64,000 nt of DNA from Bacillota bacterium (GCA_030705825.1 JAUZPR010000002.1:6101-70100), one strand, 5' to 3'; numbered from the stretch's first letter, positions 39,088 to 49,231 are shown. Notes: generated from the sequence alone by a model not told the origin. Made by a program: numbers and translations.

Positions 39088-41730
39088 TTATTTCTGTCCG
39101 AGATCTCCCGGTTTCATTATTTTAGCCTGAGCTGCTGCAAGTCTTGCTATCGGAACGCGGAACGGTGAACATGATACGTAGTTCAGTCCGACATTGTGGC
39201 AGAACTGTATGGAAGAAGGATCTCCACCGTGTTCTCCGCATATACCAAGCTTGATATCAGGTCTGGTCTTTTTACCGAGCTCTGCAGCCATCTTGATAAG
39301 CTTTCCTACACCAATCTGATCCAACCTTGCAAATGGATCGGATTCATATATCTTCTTATTGTAGTACTCATCAAGGAACTTGCCAGCGTCGTCACGGCTG
39401 AAGCCAAAGGTCATCTGAGTCAGGTCGTTTGTTCCGAAGGAGAAGAATTCAGCTTCTTTTGCGATATCGTCAGCTGTAAGAGCAGCTCTTGGTATTTCTA
39501 TCATTGTGCCTACTTTGTAAGTAAGCTTAACACCGGCATTTTTAATAACTTCATCTGCAGTTTTTACAACCATATCTTTAACATATTTCAATTCCTTGAT
39601 TTCACCAACCAGCGGAATCATTATTTCAGGTATAACATGCATACCCTTTTTGTTAACGTTGATAGCTGCTTCTATAACGGCCCTTGTCTGCATTTCAGCT
39701 ATTTCAGGGTAGGTAACTGCAAGACGGCAGCCTCTGTGCCCCATCATAGGATTGAATTCATGCAGGTCGGCAACAATTCCTTTGAGTTCGTCAAAGGTCA
39801 TTCCCATTTCCTTTGCAAGTGCAGCTATGTCTTCATCTTCCTGAGGAAGGAACTCATGGAGAGGAGGATCCAGGAACCTGATGGTTACAGGATATCCTTT
39901 CATTTCGGTAAAGAGTCCTTCAAAGTCGCTTCTCTGCATAGGAAGCAATTTGTCAAGGGCTTTCCTTCTCTGTTCTTCTGTTCTTGCAACTATCATTTCT
40001 CTCATTGCAGGAATTCTATCAGGTTCAAAGAACATGTGCTCTGTACGGCAAAGGCCTATACCTTCTGCACCGAATTTCATTGCCTGTGCGGCATCCTTTG
40101 GAGTATCTGCATTTGTTCTCACCTTCAAGGTTCTTACTTCATCAGCCCATCCCATCAATGTTCCAAAATCACCTGTAAGTTCAGGTGCAACAGTTGGGAG
40201 TCTTTCGCCATATACGTTACCGGTTGAACCGTCCAGTGAAATCCAGTCGCCTTCAACATACTTCTTGCCGTTCTTATCTATGAAATATTTCTCTTCTTCA
40301 TTTATCTTAATTTCACTGCAGCCTGCAACACAGCAGGTACCCATACCACGTGCTACAACTGCTGCGTGAGAGGTCATACCGCCGCGGCCTGTCAGGATAC
40401 CTTTTGATACATGCATACCTTCGATATCTTCAGGAGAGGTTTCCAATCTTACCAGTACTACATTCTTTTCTCCGCCCTTTGAAGCCTCTACAGCGTCTGC
40501 AGCAAAGAAGTATACTTTACCAGTTGCAGCTCCTGGAGATGCAGGAAGTCCCCTTGCTATTGCGCTTGCAGCTTTTAAACCCTTAGGGTCGAAATTCGGA
40601 TGTAAAAGTGCATCGAGTTGTTTCGGATCAACCTTCATTAATGCTTCTTCCTTGGTAGCCATACCTTCGCTTACCAGGTCAACAGCAATTTTCAGAGCTG
40701 CTGCTGCTGTTCTTTTACCATTTCTGGTCTGAAGCATGAAGAGCTTTCCTTTTTCTATGGTAAATTCCATGTCCTGCATGTCGCTATAATGATTTTCAAG
40801 TGTCTGTGCGATTCCTGCAAACTGTTCATAAACAGGAGGCATAACTTCCTTCAGCTGTTCTATGGACTGAGGAGTCCTGATTCCTGCAACAACGTCTTCT
40901 CCCTGAGCATTCATCAGGAATTCACCATAAAGCTTCTTTTCACCGGTAGATGGATTTCTGGTAAATGCTACGCCTGTACCTGAATCATTACCCATGTTAC
41001 CATAAACCATTTCCTGTACGTTAACAGCTGTACCCCAATCACCGGGTATGTCATTCAGTCTCCTGTAAATATTGGCTCTTGGATTGTCCCAGGAACGAAA
41101 AACAGCTTTAACAGCTTCCATCAATTGAATCTTAGGGTCTTGAGGGAATTCTGCACCTTTTTCCTTCTTGTACATTTCTTTATACCTTTTAACAACTTCT
41201 TTGAGGTTTTCTGCAGTAAGATCAGTATCAAACTTTGCACCGTTTTCTTCTTTAACAGCATCAAGTATTTTTTCAAACTTTGGCTTCTCTACCTCCATAA
41301 CAACATCACTGAACATTTGAATAAACCTTCTGTAGCTGTCATAAGCAAATCTTAAGTTGTTAGTGAGTTTGGCAAGACCTTCGACAACAGTGTCATTGAG
41401 TCCGAGGTTAAGAATTGTATCCATCATACCAGGCATTGAAGCTCTGGCACCGGAACGTACAGAAACGAGGAATGGGTTGTTGGAATCACCGAATTTTTTA
41501 CCGACAATCTCTTCTGTTTTTGCGAGTGCATCATAGATTTGGTCTTCGATTTCTTTAGCAATGGTTTTACCATCTGTATAATACCTGGTACAAGCTTCTG
41601 TAGAAACTGTGAATCCTCTCGGTACAGGCAGACCAAGACCGGTCATTTCTGCAAGATTTGCGCCTTTTCCGCCAAGCAGGTTTCTCATAGAAGCATTACC
41701 TTCCTTGAACAGATAAACATACTTTGACAT
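39088..41730 (-). CDS. ppdK: Pyruvate, phosphate dikinase
   Basis: 880 aa. Phosphohistidine motif GGMTSHAAVVARG and a PEP-utilizing C-terminal TIM barrel. AGGAGG RBS. Confidence 0.96.
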   Translation of the reverse strand: MSKYVYLFKEGNASMRNLLGGKGANLAEMTGLGLPVPRGFTVSTEACTRYYTDGKTIAKEIEDQIYDALAKTEEIVGKKFGDSNNPFLVSVRSGARASMPGMMDTILNLGLNDTVVEGLAKLTNNLRFAYDSYRRFIQMFSDVVMEVEKPKFEKILDAVKEENGAKFDTDLTAENLKEVVKRYKEMYKKEKGAEFPQDPKIQLMEAVKAVFRSWDNPRANIYRRLNDIPGDWGTAVNVQEMVYGNMGNDSGTGVAFTRNPSTGEKKLYGEFLMNAQGEDVVAGIRTPQSIEQLKEVMPPVYEQFAGIAQTLENHYSDMQDMEFTIEKGKLFMLQTRNGKRTAAAALKIAVDLVSEGMATKEEALMKVDPKQLDALLHPNFDPKGLKAASAIARGLPASPGAATGKVYFFAADAVEASKGGEKNVVLVRLETSPEDIEGMHVSKGILTGRGGMTSHAAVVARGMGTCCVAGCSEIKINEEEKYFIDKNGKKYVEGDWISLDGSTGNVYGERLPTVAPELTGDFGTLMGWADEVRTLKVRTNADTPKDAAQAMKFGAEGIGLCRTEHMFFEPDRIPAMREMIVARTEEQRRKALDKLLPMQRSDFEGLFTEMKGYPVTIRFLDPPLHEFLPQEDEDIAALAKEMGMTFDELKGIVADLHEFNPMMGHRGCRLAVTYPEIAEMQTRAVIEAAINVNKKGMHVIPEIMIPLVGEIKELKYVKDMVVKTADEVIKNAGVKLTYKVGTMIEIPRAALTADDIAKEAEFFSFGTNDLTQMTFGFSRDDAGKFLDEYYNKKIYESDPFARLDQIGVGKLIKMAAELGKKTRPDIKLGICGEHGGDPSSIQFCHNVGLNYVSCSPFRVPIARLAAAQAKIMKPGDLGQK

Positions 41731-41845
41731 TTAGAAAACCTCCTATGTATTTTATTTTTATTTTTAAAAGGAAAGAACATTAATAAACAATGGAACTTTC
41801 CATAAAAGCCCATTAAAACTAGCAAACTCTTACATAATCCATATA

Positions 41846-41851
41846 ATTATA
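41846..41851 (-). promoter_or_regulatory. Candidate extended -10 (TGgTATAAT) for ppdK
   Basis: Minus strand reads ATATGGTATAATTAT about 115 nt upstream of the ATG. The -35 is weak (AATGAA). Confidence 0.4.
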
Positions 41852-42036
41852 CCATATTATTAAAATTTTTCATTACTTTTTTTGTTAATACTTACGTGCA
41901 ATTTCTAGTCTACACCTAATAGAAATGCCCATTATACAGACTTTTATTCAGACATACGCAGACATACGAACCGAATCCGTCGCAGTATGTTTTGCTGTTA
42001 TTTAATAATGTTTTATTGTTATTCAATACATTTTTA

Positions 42037-42065
42037 TTGACTTTTAATAATTTATCTTGTATCAT
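42037..42065 (+). promoter_or_regulatory. Candidate SigA promoter of the CPBP-DUF2975-HTH operon
   Basis: TTGACT, 17 nt, TATCAT. Confidence 0.55.
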
Positions 42066-42152
42066 CACAGTAGATAGTAATTTAGGTACTTAATTTAGTA
42101 ATTTTATAGTAATTACTAGTTAATTTTTTAATAGAAATTTTGAGGTTAATTT

Positions 42153-43214
42153 ATGAAAAGAAACGATGATAAAATTAGCGAAATAGATAAATCAGCTATC
42201 AAAAGTCAGATTATAAATTTTATGATCATTTGCTTTGGGCTGACATTTATTTTAGATTTTTCCTCTTTTGTCCTACTTGGTCCAATTTATCCCAATGGCT
42301 CTGAAAAATGGGGAATCATAACCGGTATCCAAATGCTGATACCTGCAGTAACTTCAATAATATGCATGATGATATCCAGGGATAAAAGTTTAAGAGGTGC
42401 TAATAAGCTATTTCTTGGTGTCTTTATTCTCGATTCGGTAATATCTATAGGGCAACTCCTTCCAATAGGCAGTTCAAGACTTTATCAATATATATTGCTT
42501 GCATTTTACTCCGGAAGCTTGATTCTGTTGTTTATAATCAATTCAAGAAAAAAATCCAGGGCACAGCTTAATCAAGCAAGGCTTTCTTTCGGAAGCCATA
42601 AGTATATGCTTTTGTTAATGCCCCTCTTTTATATTCTTATATATATTGGAAACACAATGCTGAATTATGTATTTAACCTTGCAGATTCCAGTCTTAAAAT
42701 TGATCTCGGAACTTTTGCAATTACTTATATGGGATTTGTGGGTATTGATATACTGTTTTCATGGATAAATTATTTTGGTGAAGAGTATGGTTGGAGAGTA
42801 TATCTTCAGGATAGATTAACTCAGATTTTCGGGTTACGAAAAGGCATACTTTTGATTGGTGTCATCTGGGGCTTATGGCATGCTCCCATTGTAGCCATCG
42901 GACATGGTTATCCCGGTCATCCGGTATTGGGAGTAATAGCGATGATTCTTTCCTGCATTACTTTTGGAATCATTTTAGGTTATAGCATCTGGAAGACAGG
43001 CAGTGTATGGATAAGTGTAATTCTTCATCTGGTAAATAACTGTTTGGTAGGACCTACGGTTACTTACTTATGTATTTATAAAAGCAATATATTTTCTTTT
43101 GGGGGTGGTATATACGGTATTTTTGTAATGGGAAGTATATCTTTTGTCTTTCTGATTTTCTTAAAAGAAAAGAAATTATCTTTTAACAAAAATACAAACA
43201 AACAAAGTCTTTAA
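42153..43214 (+). CDS. CPBP-family intramembrane glutamic endopeptidase (CAAX/Abi)
   Basis: EEYGWRVYLQ (EExxxR), GLWHAP and HLVNN motifs in a polytopic protein. Confidence 0.8.
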   Translation: MKRNDDKISEIDKSAIKSQIINFMIICFGLTFILDFSSFVLLGPIYPNGSEKWGIITGIQMLIPAVTSIICMMISRDKSLRGANKLFLGVFILDSVISIGQLLPIGSSRLYQYILLAFYSGSLILLFIINSRKKSRAQLNQARLSFGSHKYMLLLMPLFYILIYIGNTMLNYVFNLADSSLKIDLGTFAITYMGFVGIDILFSWINYFGEEYGWRVYLQDRLTQIFGLRKGILLIGVIWGLWHAPIVAIGHGYPGHPVLGVIAMILSCITFGIILGYSIWKTGSVWISVILHLVNNCLVGPTVTYLCIYKSNIFSFGGGIYGIFVMGSISFVFLIFLKEKKLSFNKNTNKQSL

Positions 43215-43257
43215 CATTAATAATTTTTACTATAAATTCATATCAGGAGGCATCTAA

Positions 43258-43842
43258 ATGAAATATATCGGTAAAAAGTCCCTTTCCTCTGTATTGCAGA
43301 TATTGCTAAATATAATGTGGTATGTTCTTCTGGCAATAGTAGTTATAATTCCGGTTTTTATGGTAATTACTTTATTGGTTGATCCCAACCTTCTGTCAAA
43401 AGTCGGCCAAATGAAACTGAAAATATACTCAAGCGGATTTGATGTTTATTTGAAAACTGCTATTTCAACAAATGATATGAAAACTTTTGTTGCCATAACC
43501 TTGTCTCTGGCAGAAATGATTACAGGAATAGCGTTAATTATAGTTTATCAATTAAGGATGATTTTTAAAACCCTTGTTAAAGAAACTCCATTCACTCAAG
43601 AGAATGCAAAAAGAATCCGTTTAATAGGTATTGTACTGATTTTTGGCACAGTTTTTGCTGCAATACTTGATCTGATTATGGGTAATTTTTATATGCAGCA
43701 TGTAAAAATACCTGATGCAGATATTACAACAAAGTTCAGTATTGACTTTGGATCTGTACTTATAGCTTGCGTAATCATCATCCTCTCGGAAGTGTTCCGC
43801 CGTGGAGCGAAGCTCCAGGAAGAACACGACCTTACGGTATAG
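43258..43842 (+). CDS. DUF2975-like membrane protein
   Basis: Four-TM protein immediately upstream of a YozG-type HTH, the usual DUF2975 context. AGGAGG RBS. Confidence 0.6.
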   Translation: MKYIGKKSLSSVLQILLNIMWYVLLAIVVIIPVFMVITLLVDPNLLSKVGQMKLKIYSSGFDVYLKTAISTNDMKTFVAITLSLAEMITGIALIIVYQLRMIFKTLVKETPFTQENAKRIRLIGIVLIFGTVFAAILDLIMGNFYMQHVKIPDADITTKFSIDFGSVLIACVIIILSEVFRRGAKLQEEHDLTV

Positions 43843-43853
43843 GAGGACTTACA

Positions 43854-44084
43854 ATGGCTATAATAGTTCATCTTGACAGGATGATGGTTGAAAGAAAAAT
43901 TTCATTGACAGAGCTTGCTGAATCAGTTGGTATTACTATTGCCAATCTTTCAATATTAAAAACCGGAAAAGCCAAGGCTATCCGTTTTTCAACCCTTGCA
44001 GCTCTATGTCGGAAACTTAACTGTCAGCCCGGGGATATTCTTGAGTTTGATTCCGACTTATTGCTAGAGGATGAAAATGAATAA
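43854..44084 (+). CDS. Small XRE/Cro-type HTH regulator (YozG-like)
   Basis: MAIIVHLDRMMVERKISLTELAESVGITIANLSILKTGKAKAIRFSTL. ATG at 43854 follows AGGAGG. The track start at 43767 overlaps the DUF2975 gene. Confidence 0.85.
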   Translation: MAIIVHLDRMMVERKISLTELAESVGITIANLSILKTGKAKAIRFSTLAALCRKLNCQPGDILEFDSDLLLEDENE

Positions 44085-44097
44085 GAAACAGAATTAT

Positions 44098-44131
44098 AAA
44101 AAAACTGCTGGCAAATTATGTTTGTCAGCAG
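44098..44131 (-). terminator. Intrinsic terminator of glyQS
   Basis: Minus strand reads CTGCTGACA-N9-TGCCAGCAG followed by TTTTTTT. Confidence 0.7.
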
Positions 44132-44135
44132 TCTG

Positions 44136-44162
44136 AGCGATTCAAAGAGAATCGCTTTTATT
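44136..44162 (+). terminator. Intrinsic terminator of the CPBP operon
   Basis: AGCGATTC-aaaga-GAATCGCT followed by TTTTATTTT. Confidence 0.7.
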
Positions 44163-45551
44163 TTAGAATTCAAATTTTCCTTCAAAATATTTATCAAGTT
44201 CATCAATTTTAATTCTTATCTGCTGCATTGAATCTCTTTCCCTGATAGTAACACTCTGGTCATTCAGGGAATCGAAATCAAAGGTTATGCAGTACGGAGT
44301 TCCTATTTCATCCTGCCTTCTGTATCTTTTTCCGATACTTCCGGTTTCATCATATTCGCAAACGTACTTCTTAATAAGATTACTGTATACTTTGTTGGCA
44401 TCGTCACTAAGTTTCTTGGACAACGGAAGAACTGCAATCTTAACAGGTGCTATTGCCGGATGGAACTTAAGGACAGTTCTTACATCCCCTTCGGCTACCT
44501 CTTCTTCGGTATACGCATCACAAAGGAATGCAAGTGCAACCCTGTCCGCTCCAAGTGAAGGTTCAATACAATATGGAACATACTTTTCATTGGTGGCAGG
44601 ATCAAAATATGAGAGATCATCCTTTGAATATTCCATATGCTGCTTAAGGTCGAAGTCAGTTCTGTCTGCAATTCCCCATAATTCGCCCCAACCGAACGGG
44701 AACATGAATTCTATATCAGTAGTTGCATTGCTGTAGTGTGAAAGCTCTTCCTTGTTGTGATCACGGAGTTTAAGGCTATCAGGCTTTATTCCGAGAGTCA
44801 GAAGCCAATTATGGCAGTATTCCTTCCAATACTTGAACCATTCCAGATCCTTACCGGGCTCGCAGAAGAATTCAAGCTCCATCTGTTCAAACTCACGTGT
44901 CCTGAAAGTAAAGTTTCCAGGTGTTATCTCATTCCTGAAGGATTTACCTATTTGTCCTATACCGAAAGGAATCTTCCTTCGTGTAGTCCTCTGAACATTT
45001 TTAAAATTAACAAATATACCCTGGGCAGTTTCCGGTCGTAAAAAGATTTCAGCCTTTGAATCTTCGGTAACTCCCTGGAAGGTCTTGAACATAAGATTGA
45101 ACTTCCTTATTTCAGTGAAGTTTGCAGATCCGCAGTCAGGACATTTTATGCCCTTATCCTTTATGTACTGCATCAACTGGTCATTTTTCCAGCCATCTAC
45201 CTGGACATCTATATTATTTTGCTTGTTCCATTCTTCTATAAGCTTATCTGCCCTGTGTCTTGTCTTGCAATCCTTACAGTCTATAAGAGGATCACTGAAG
45301 CCTCCTACATGGCCTGATGCAACCCACACCTGGGGATTCATCAGAATTGCGCAGTCAACACCTACATTATATGGGCTTTCCTGAACAAATTTTTTCCACC
45401 ATGCCTTCTTTACATTGTTTTTGAGTTCCACACCCAATGGGCCGTAATCCCATGCATTTGCCAATCCGCCGTATATATCCGAGCCCGGATATACAAAACC
45501 TCTGTTTTTAGCCATAGAAACAATTTTATCCATTGTAATTTCAGTTGCCAT
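44163..45551 (-). CDS. glyQS: Glycine--tRNA ligase (dimeric GlyQS type)
   Basis: Full-length class II GlyRS similarity ([36 protein letters not shown]). AAGGAGGA RBS. Confidence 0.95.
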   Translation of the reverse strand: MATEITMDKIVSMAKNRGFVYPGSDIYGGLANAWDYGPLGVELKNNVKKAWWKKFVQESPYNVGVDCAILMNPQVWVASGHVGGFSDPLIDCKDCKTRHRADKLIEEWNKQNNIDVQVDGWKNDQLMQYIKDKGIKCPDCGSANFTEIRKFNLMFKTFQGVTEDSKAEIFLRPETAQGIFVNFKNVQRTTRRKIPFGIGQIGKSFRNEITPGNFTFRTREFEQMELEFFCEPGKDLEWFKYWKEYCHNWLLTLGIKPDSLKLRDHNKEELSHYSNATTDIEFMFPFGWGELWGIADRTDFDLKQHMEYSKDDLSYFDPATNEKYVPYCIEPSLGADRVALAFLCDAYTEEEVAEGDVRTVLKFHPAIAPVKIAVLPLSKKLSDDANKVYSNLIKKYVCEYDETGSIGKRYRRQDEIGTPYCITFDFDSLNDQSVTIRERDSMQQIRIKIDELDKYFEGKFEF

Positions 45552-46755
45552 GTTTATCCTCCTTAATTATCAGTCCGGTTACTTCATCCAGTACTCTGCC
45601 GGCAACTTCCAGTTTGCTCATAAGCGGAAGCTCTATAACTGAACTGTCTTTTTTAATTATCTTTACTATATTCGTATCCGTTCCAAAACCGGCACCTTCC
45701 ATGGTTACATCATTTGCCATAATCATATCAAAATTCTTGGATACAAGCTTTGATTTGGCATTTTCGATAAGGTCCCGTGTTTCTGCACATGTACCTACAA
45801 CTATTCTACTGCCTTTAACCCTACCCAGTTCCCTGGCGATGTCAGGGTTTTTAACCAGTTCGATTAACATTTCGTCACCGGTCTTTTTTATCTTATTCTC
45901 AGCCACCTGCTTGCATTTATAATCTGCAACTGCAGCAACGAGAATTATAATATCAAAATCCCTGTAACATTTCATTACTTCCGCATACATCTCATCTGCA
46001 GTTATTACCCTGGTAACCTCTGTATTCTGAGGTACAGGCTGATCAACAGGTCCAGATATTATCTTTACCTGAGCACCTCTGTTTGCCGCTTCTTGCGCAA
46101 AAGCGTAACCCATTTTACCCGATGAGTGGTTTGAGATATACCTCACCGGGTCGATTGCTTCTCTTGTTGGTCCGGCTGTAATAAGAACCTTCATCCCGTA
46201 CATATCATTTTTATCATTAAAAATATTGTTTAACCTGTTGACTATATTGACAGGTTCCGGAAGCCTCCCTTTGCCCGAACTGCCTTCTGCCATCGTTCCG
46301 GTTTCAGGCTCCATAAAAAGATATCCAAGCTTTTCAAGAGTTTTTATATTATTCTGTACAATCGGGTTGGCATACATATTAAAATTCATTGCAGGAACAA
46401 ATAGAAGCTTTGCTTTTGAAGCCATAACTGTTGTTGTCAGCATATCATCCGCAATTCCGTTGGCTATTTTTCCTATCACATTTGCTGTAGCAGGTGCTAT
46501 GACTATAATATCCGCTTTTTCAGCCATTGAAATATGTTGAATATTCCATTGCTTGGGCTCGTCAAACATATCGGTCACAACAGGATTATGGGAAATTGAC
46601 TGGAATGTCAAAGGAGAAACAAACTTAGCAGCGTTATCTGTCATAACAACATGTACATCTGCTCCCTGTTTCTTTAATCTGCTTACAACATCAACTACCT
46701 TATATGCAGCAATGCCGCCGCAAACTCCGACAACTACATTTTTGCCCTTCAACAT
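45541..46755 (-). CDS. coaBC: Bifunctional phosphopantothenoylcysteine decarboxylase/synthetase
   Basis: Flavoprotein N-domain (VCGGIAAYK) plus the DFP/CoaB C-domain. ATG at 46755 is 8 nt after GGGAGG. The track start at 46764 is a GTG within the RBS. Confidence 0.92.
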   Translation of the reverse strand: MLKGKNVVVGVCGGIAAYKVVDVVSRLKKQGADVHVVMTDNAAKFVSPLTFQSISHNPVVTDMFDEPKQWNIQHISMAEKADIIVIAPATANVIGKIANGIADDMLTTTVMASKAKLLFVPAMNFNMYANPIVQNNIKTLEKLGYLFMEPETGTMAEGSSGKGRLPEPVNIVNRLNNIFNDKNDMYGMKVLITAGPTREAIDPVRYISNHSSGKMGYAFAQEAANRGAQVKIISGPVDQPVPQNTEVTRVITADEMYAEVMKCYRDFDIIILVAAVADYKCKQVAENKIKKTGDEMLIELVKNPDIARELGRVKGSRIVVGTCAETRDLIENAKSKLVSKNFDMIMANDVTMEGAGFGTDTNIVKIIKKDSSVIELPLMSKLEVAGRVLDEVTGLIIKEDKHGN

Positions 46756-46777
46756 CCTATTCACCTCCCGAAAAAAC

Positions 46778-46805
46778 AGTTCAGGGTTCGGAGTTGGGAT
46801 TTCAG
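46778..46805 (+). repeat. Phased heptamer array (AGTTCAG GGTTCGG AGTTGGG ATTTCAG)
   Basis: Four contiguous 7-nt units read directly from the plus strand. They are partly complementary to the array at 46913-46947. Confidence 0.8.
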
Positions 46806-46912
46806 GGGAAAACCTTTATAATAATGCATTCTCATAACAAAGGACAATTGGTATAATCCAGTTTTGGTAATTACCTTTTGTCCAATATGAAGAAACTAAA
46901 TTAAGATTTAGG

Positions 46913-46947
46913 TTTAACTCCTAACTCTGAACTCTTAACTCCGAACT
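46913..46947 (-). repeat. Phased heptamer array (AGTTCGG AGTTAAG AGTTCAG AGTTAGG AGTTAAA)
   Basis: Five perfectly phased AGTTNNN units on the minus strand. They start at the base after the rpoZ stop codon (46948-46950). Confidence 0.85.
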
Positions 46948-47160
46948 TTATTTTATGCCGCTCTTTGTTCTTACGTAAGCTATCTTGTTTTCGCTTATTT
47001 CATTTACAGCTACGGTAACAGCTTTATCGGAACTGCACTTTGTAAGTTTATGTGCTCCATCAGCAAGCTGACGTGCTCTTTTTGCAGCAGCTACTACCAG
47101 AGTATACCTGCTGTCCATTTTTTTCATCAATTCGCCTATAGCCGGTTCAATCATTGACAT
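46948..47160 (-). CDS. rpoZ: DNA-directed RNA polymerase omega subunit
   Basis: SRYTLVVAAAKRARQL omega signature and gmk-rpoZ synteny. Confidence 0.9.
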   Translation of the reverse strand: MSMIEPAIGELMKKMDSRYTLVVAAAKRARQLADGAHKLTKCSSDKAVTVAVNEISENKIAYVRTKSGIK

Positions 47161-47782
47161 TGTTCTCCCTCCCGATATCGATACCCAAATCTTTTAATAT
47201 ATTTGTATTATGTTTGATTTTAAGCTTTTCAGACCTTAAAATACAATTCATATCATTTGCGGCTCTCTCAATATCGTCATTTATAACAACATATTTATAA
47301 TTTTTTATATAATTCATTTCTTTTTTGGCTCTTTCAAGCCTTTTTTCAATAACATCCTGTTTTTCGGTCCCTCTTCCTTCTATCCGCTTTCTTAATTCTT
47401 CAAATGAAGGTGGTAGAACAAAAATCGGAACGCAATCCGGATACTGTTTTATTATATTCGCAGCACCTTCTACTTCTATCTCCAAAATAACGTCAATACC
47501 TGCTTCAAGTGTATCCTCAACATATTTTCTCGGTGTACCGTAGTAATTTCCGCAGTATTCGACCCACTCAACAAGCATATTGTTTTCTATCATGGACTTG
47601 AATTGGTCAACGGATATAAAAAAATAGTTTTTTCCGTTTACTTCACCCTCTCTTGGACTTCTGGTTGTTGCAGAGACGGAAAATCCTATATTTTTATTAA
47701 TGGTAGTTACAGATTTTAGTAATGTACCTTTACCTGCCCCTGACGGTCCTGAGAAAACTATCAGCAATCCCTTACGGAACAT
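47147..47782 (-). CDS. gmk: Guanylate kinase
   Basis: GPSGAGKGT P-loop and full-length Gmk similarity. Confidence 0.94.
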   Translation of the reverse strand: MFRKGLLIVFSGPSGAGKGTLLKSVTTINKNIGFSVSATTRSPREGEVNGKNYFFISVDQFKSMIENNMLVEWVEYCGNYYGTPRKYVEDTLEAGIDVILEIEVEGAANIIKQYPDCVPIFVLPPSFEELRKRIEGRGTEKQDVIEKRLERAKKEMNYIKNYKYVVINDDIERAANDMNCILRSEKLKIKHNTNILKDLGIDIGRENNVND

Positions 47783-47804
47783 CTGAAGTACCTCCTAAGT
47801 TCCA

Positions 47805-48083
47805 TTAATCATCACTTTCTTCTACATCTTCAACCACATCTTCTTCATCTTTCACATTCAATCTGTGGGCTACGGTTTCAGGCTGGACTGCCGAAAGTAT
47901 TATGTGATCACTATCGGTAATTATAACAGCGCGGGTTCTTCTGCCGTATGTTGCATCTATAAGCATGCCCCTGTCTCTTGCTTCCTGAATTATTCTTTTT
48001 ATCGGTGCCGATTCTGGGCTTACAATGGCTACCAGTCTGTTGGCTGAAACAATATTGCCAAAGCCTATGTTTATTAATTTCAT
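47805..48083 (-). CDS. remA: RemA/DUF370 regulator of extracellular matrix genes
   Basis: [53 protein letters not shown] is near-canonical RemA. It carries an acidic C-terminal tail. Confidence 0.9.
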   Translation of the reverse strand: MKLINIGFGNIVSANRLVAIVSPESAPIKRIIQEARDRGMLIDATYGRRTRAVIITDSDHIILSAVQPETVAHRLNVKDEEDVVEDVEESDD

Positions 48084-48114
48084 AAAATCCCTCCTGAATT
48101 ATTTCAGATGATAA

Positions 48115-48993
48115 TTATTCAATATTTTGCACCTGTTCTCGAATTTTTTCAATTTCACTTTTAATTTCTACAACATTTCTTGTGATATCAAGATCATTTG
48201 ACTTAGAGCCTATTGTATTGATTTCCCTGTTCATTTCCTGGACAAGAAAATCCAGCTTTCTTCCTACAGGCTGTTCCTGATTTAATGTTTGTATCAATTG
48301 TTTAATATGGCTGTCAAGCCTTACCAATTCCTCATTTATGCTGCACCTGTCCGCAAAAATTGCAATCTCTGTTGCCAGCCTGTTTTCATCAACCACCTGC
48401 TGATCCATAAGCTCCTTGATCCTGTTTTCAAGCCTGAGCTTGTATTCCTTGACTACTTCGGGAGCCCGTTCATCAATTTTATTAACTATTTTCCTGATAT
48501 ATTCCGCTCTTTCTATCATATCTTTTTTAAGGCCTTCGCCTTCTATTTCACGCATTTTAACTAGAGAATCCAGTGCATTGTCAAGTGCCTTCTTCAAGTA
48601 TTGCCAAGTAACGTCCTCATCAGCCTCTACTTTTTCAACTTTTAAAATGTCAGGAAACCTTGCTACCAAAGATAAAGATATGTCATCCTTTAAATGAAAC
48701 TTGTCTCTCAGGGTTTCAAGTGATTTTACATATGCTTTAGCCAACGGTTCATCAAGTAACACACTCTTTGAATCTTCCCCGAATTCTTCAAATGATACAT
48801 ATACGTCTATCTTACCTCTTGAAAGGCTTTTATTAACCGTGTCCCTTACTTTATCCTCTAAAAAGGATATCTGCCGGGGTAGTTTCAAAAATATATCAGA
48901 GTATCTGTGATTAACTGTCTTAATTTCAACAAGAAACTCCTTGCCGTTCTCCTTGTATTCTCCTCTGCCAAATCCAGTCATGCTTCTTATCAT
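48115..48993 (-). CDS. YicC/YloC-family protein
   Basis: MTGFGRGE N-terminus, a C-terminal DUF1732 region (REINTIGSKSND), and conserved yloC-remA-gmk-rpoZ order. Confidence 0.88.
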   Translation of the reverse strand: MIRSMTGFGRGEYKENGKEFLVEIKTVNHRYSDIFLKLPRQISFLEDKVRDTVNKSLSRGKIDVYVSFEEFGEDSKSVLLDEPLAKAYVKSLETLRDKFHLKDDISLSLVARFPDILKVEKVEADEDVTWQYLKKALDNALDSLVKMREIEGEGLKKDMIERAEYIRKIVNKIDERAPEVVKEYKLRLENRIKELMDQQVVDENRLATEIAIFADRCSINEELVRLDSHIKQLIQTLNQEQPVGRKLDFLVQEMNREINTIGSKSNDLDITRNVVEIKSEIEKIREQVQNIE

Positions 48994-49231
48994 ATATGAT
49001 TATCATCCTTATTTTTAATTATTAATTTTAGAAATATGTAAATTATATCCTTATTTCTCAATTATCACTTATGTATTATAACACAATTCATTATAAAATA
49101 AAGCCGTTTTTTTTAATTTTATATATTTTAATCGCTTTTTCTCGCTCTTACTCGTTTTTTTGAATAAATCTGATTTTTATAATTATATTTTAAAATATCC
49201 AAGTTCTTTTCCACTATTCCAGATATAAAAT

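Noticed and set aside
39196-40227. 343-aa plus-strand ORF (and other long plus ORFs at 39881-40369) inside ppdK
   Set aside because: It is antisense to an unambiguous 880-aa PPDK gene. The sequence is Cys/Phe/Ser-rich and low-complexity, with no RBS. The same reasoning applies to antisense ORFs at 5186-5881, 2791-3360, 51613-52182 and 59191-59868.
41944-41963. Direct repeat CAGACATACG x2 in the ppdK upstream region
   Set aside because: It is only a 10-nt duplication in a long AT-rich spacer, with no further copies or associated structure, so it is likely fortuitous.
43767-43853. N-terminal extension of the HTH gene given in the ORF track
   Set aside because: The extension overlaps the DUF2975 gene in another frame. 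A strong AGGAGG RBS precedes the internal ATG at 43854, which gives a typical 76-aa Cro/YozG-type protein.
45552-45700. Expected T-box leader for glyQS
   Set aside because: The region is coding (coaBC 3' end), and I found no specifier-loop or T-box (AGGGTGGNACCGCG-like) sequence by eye.
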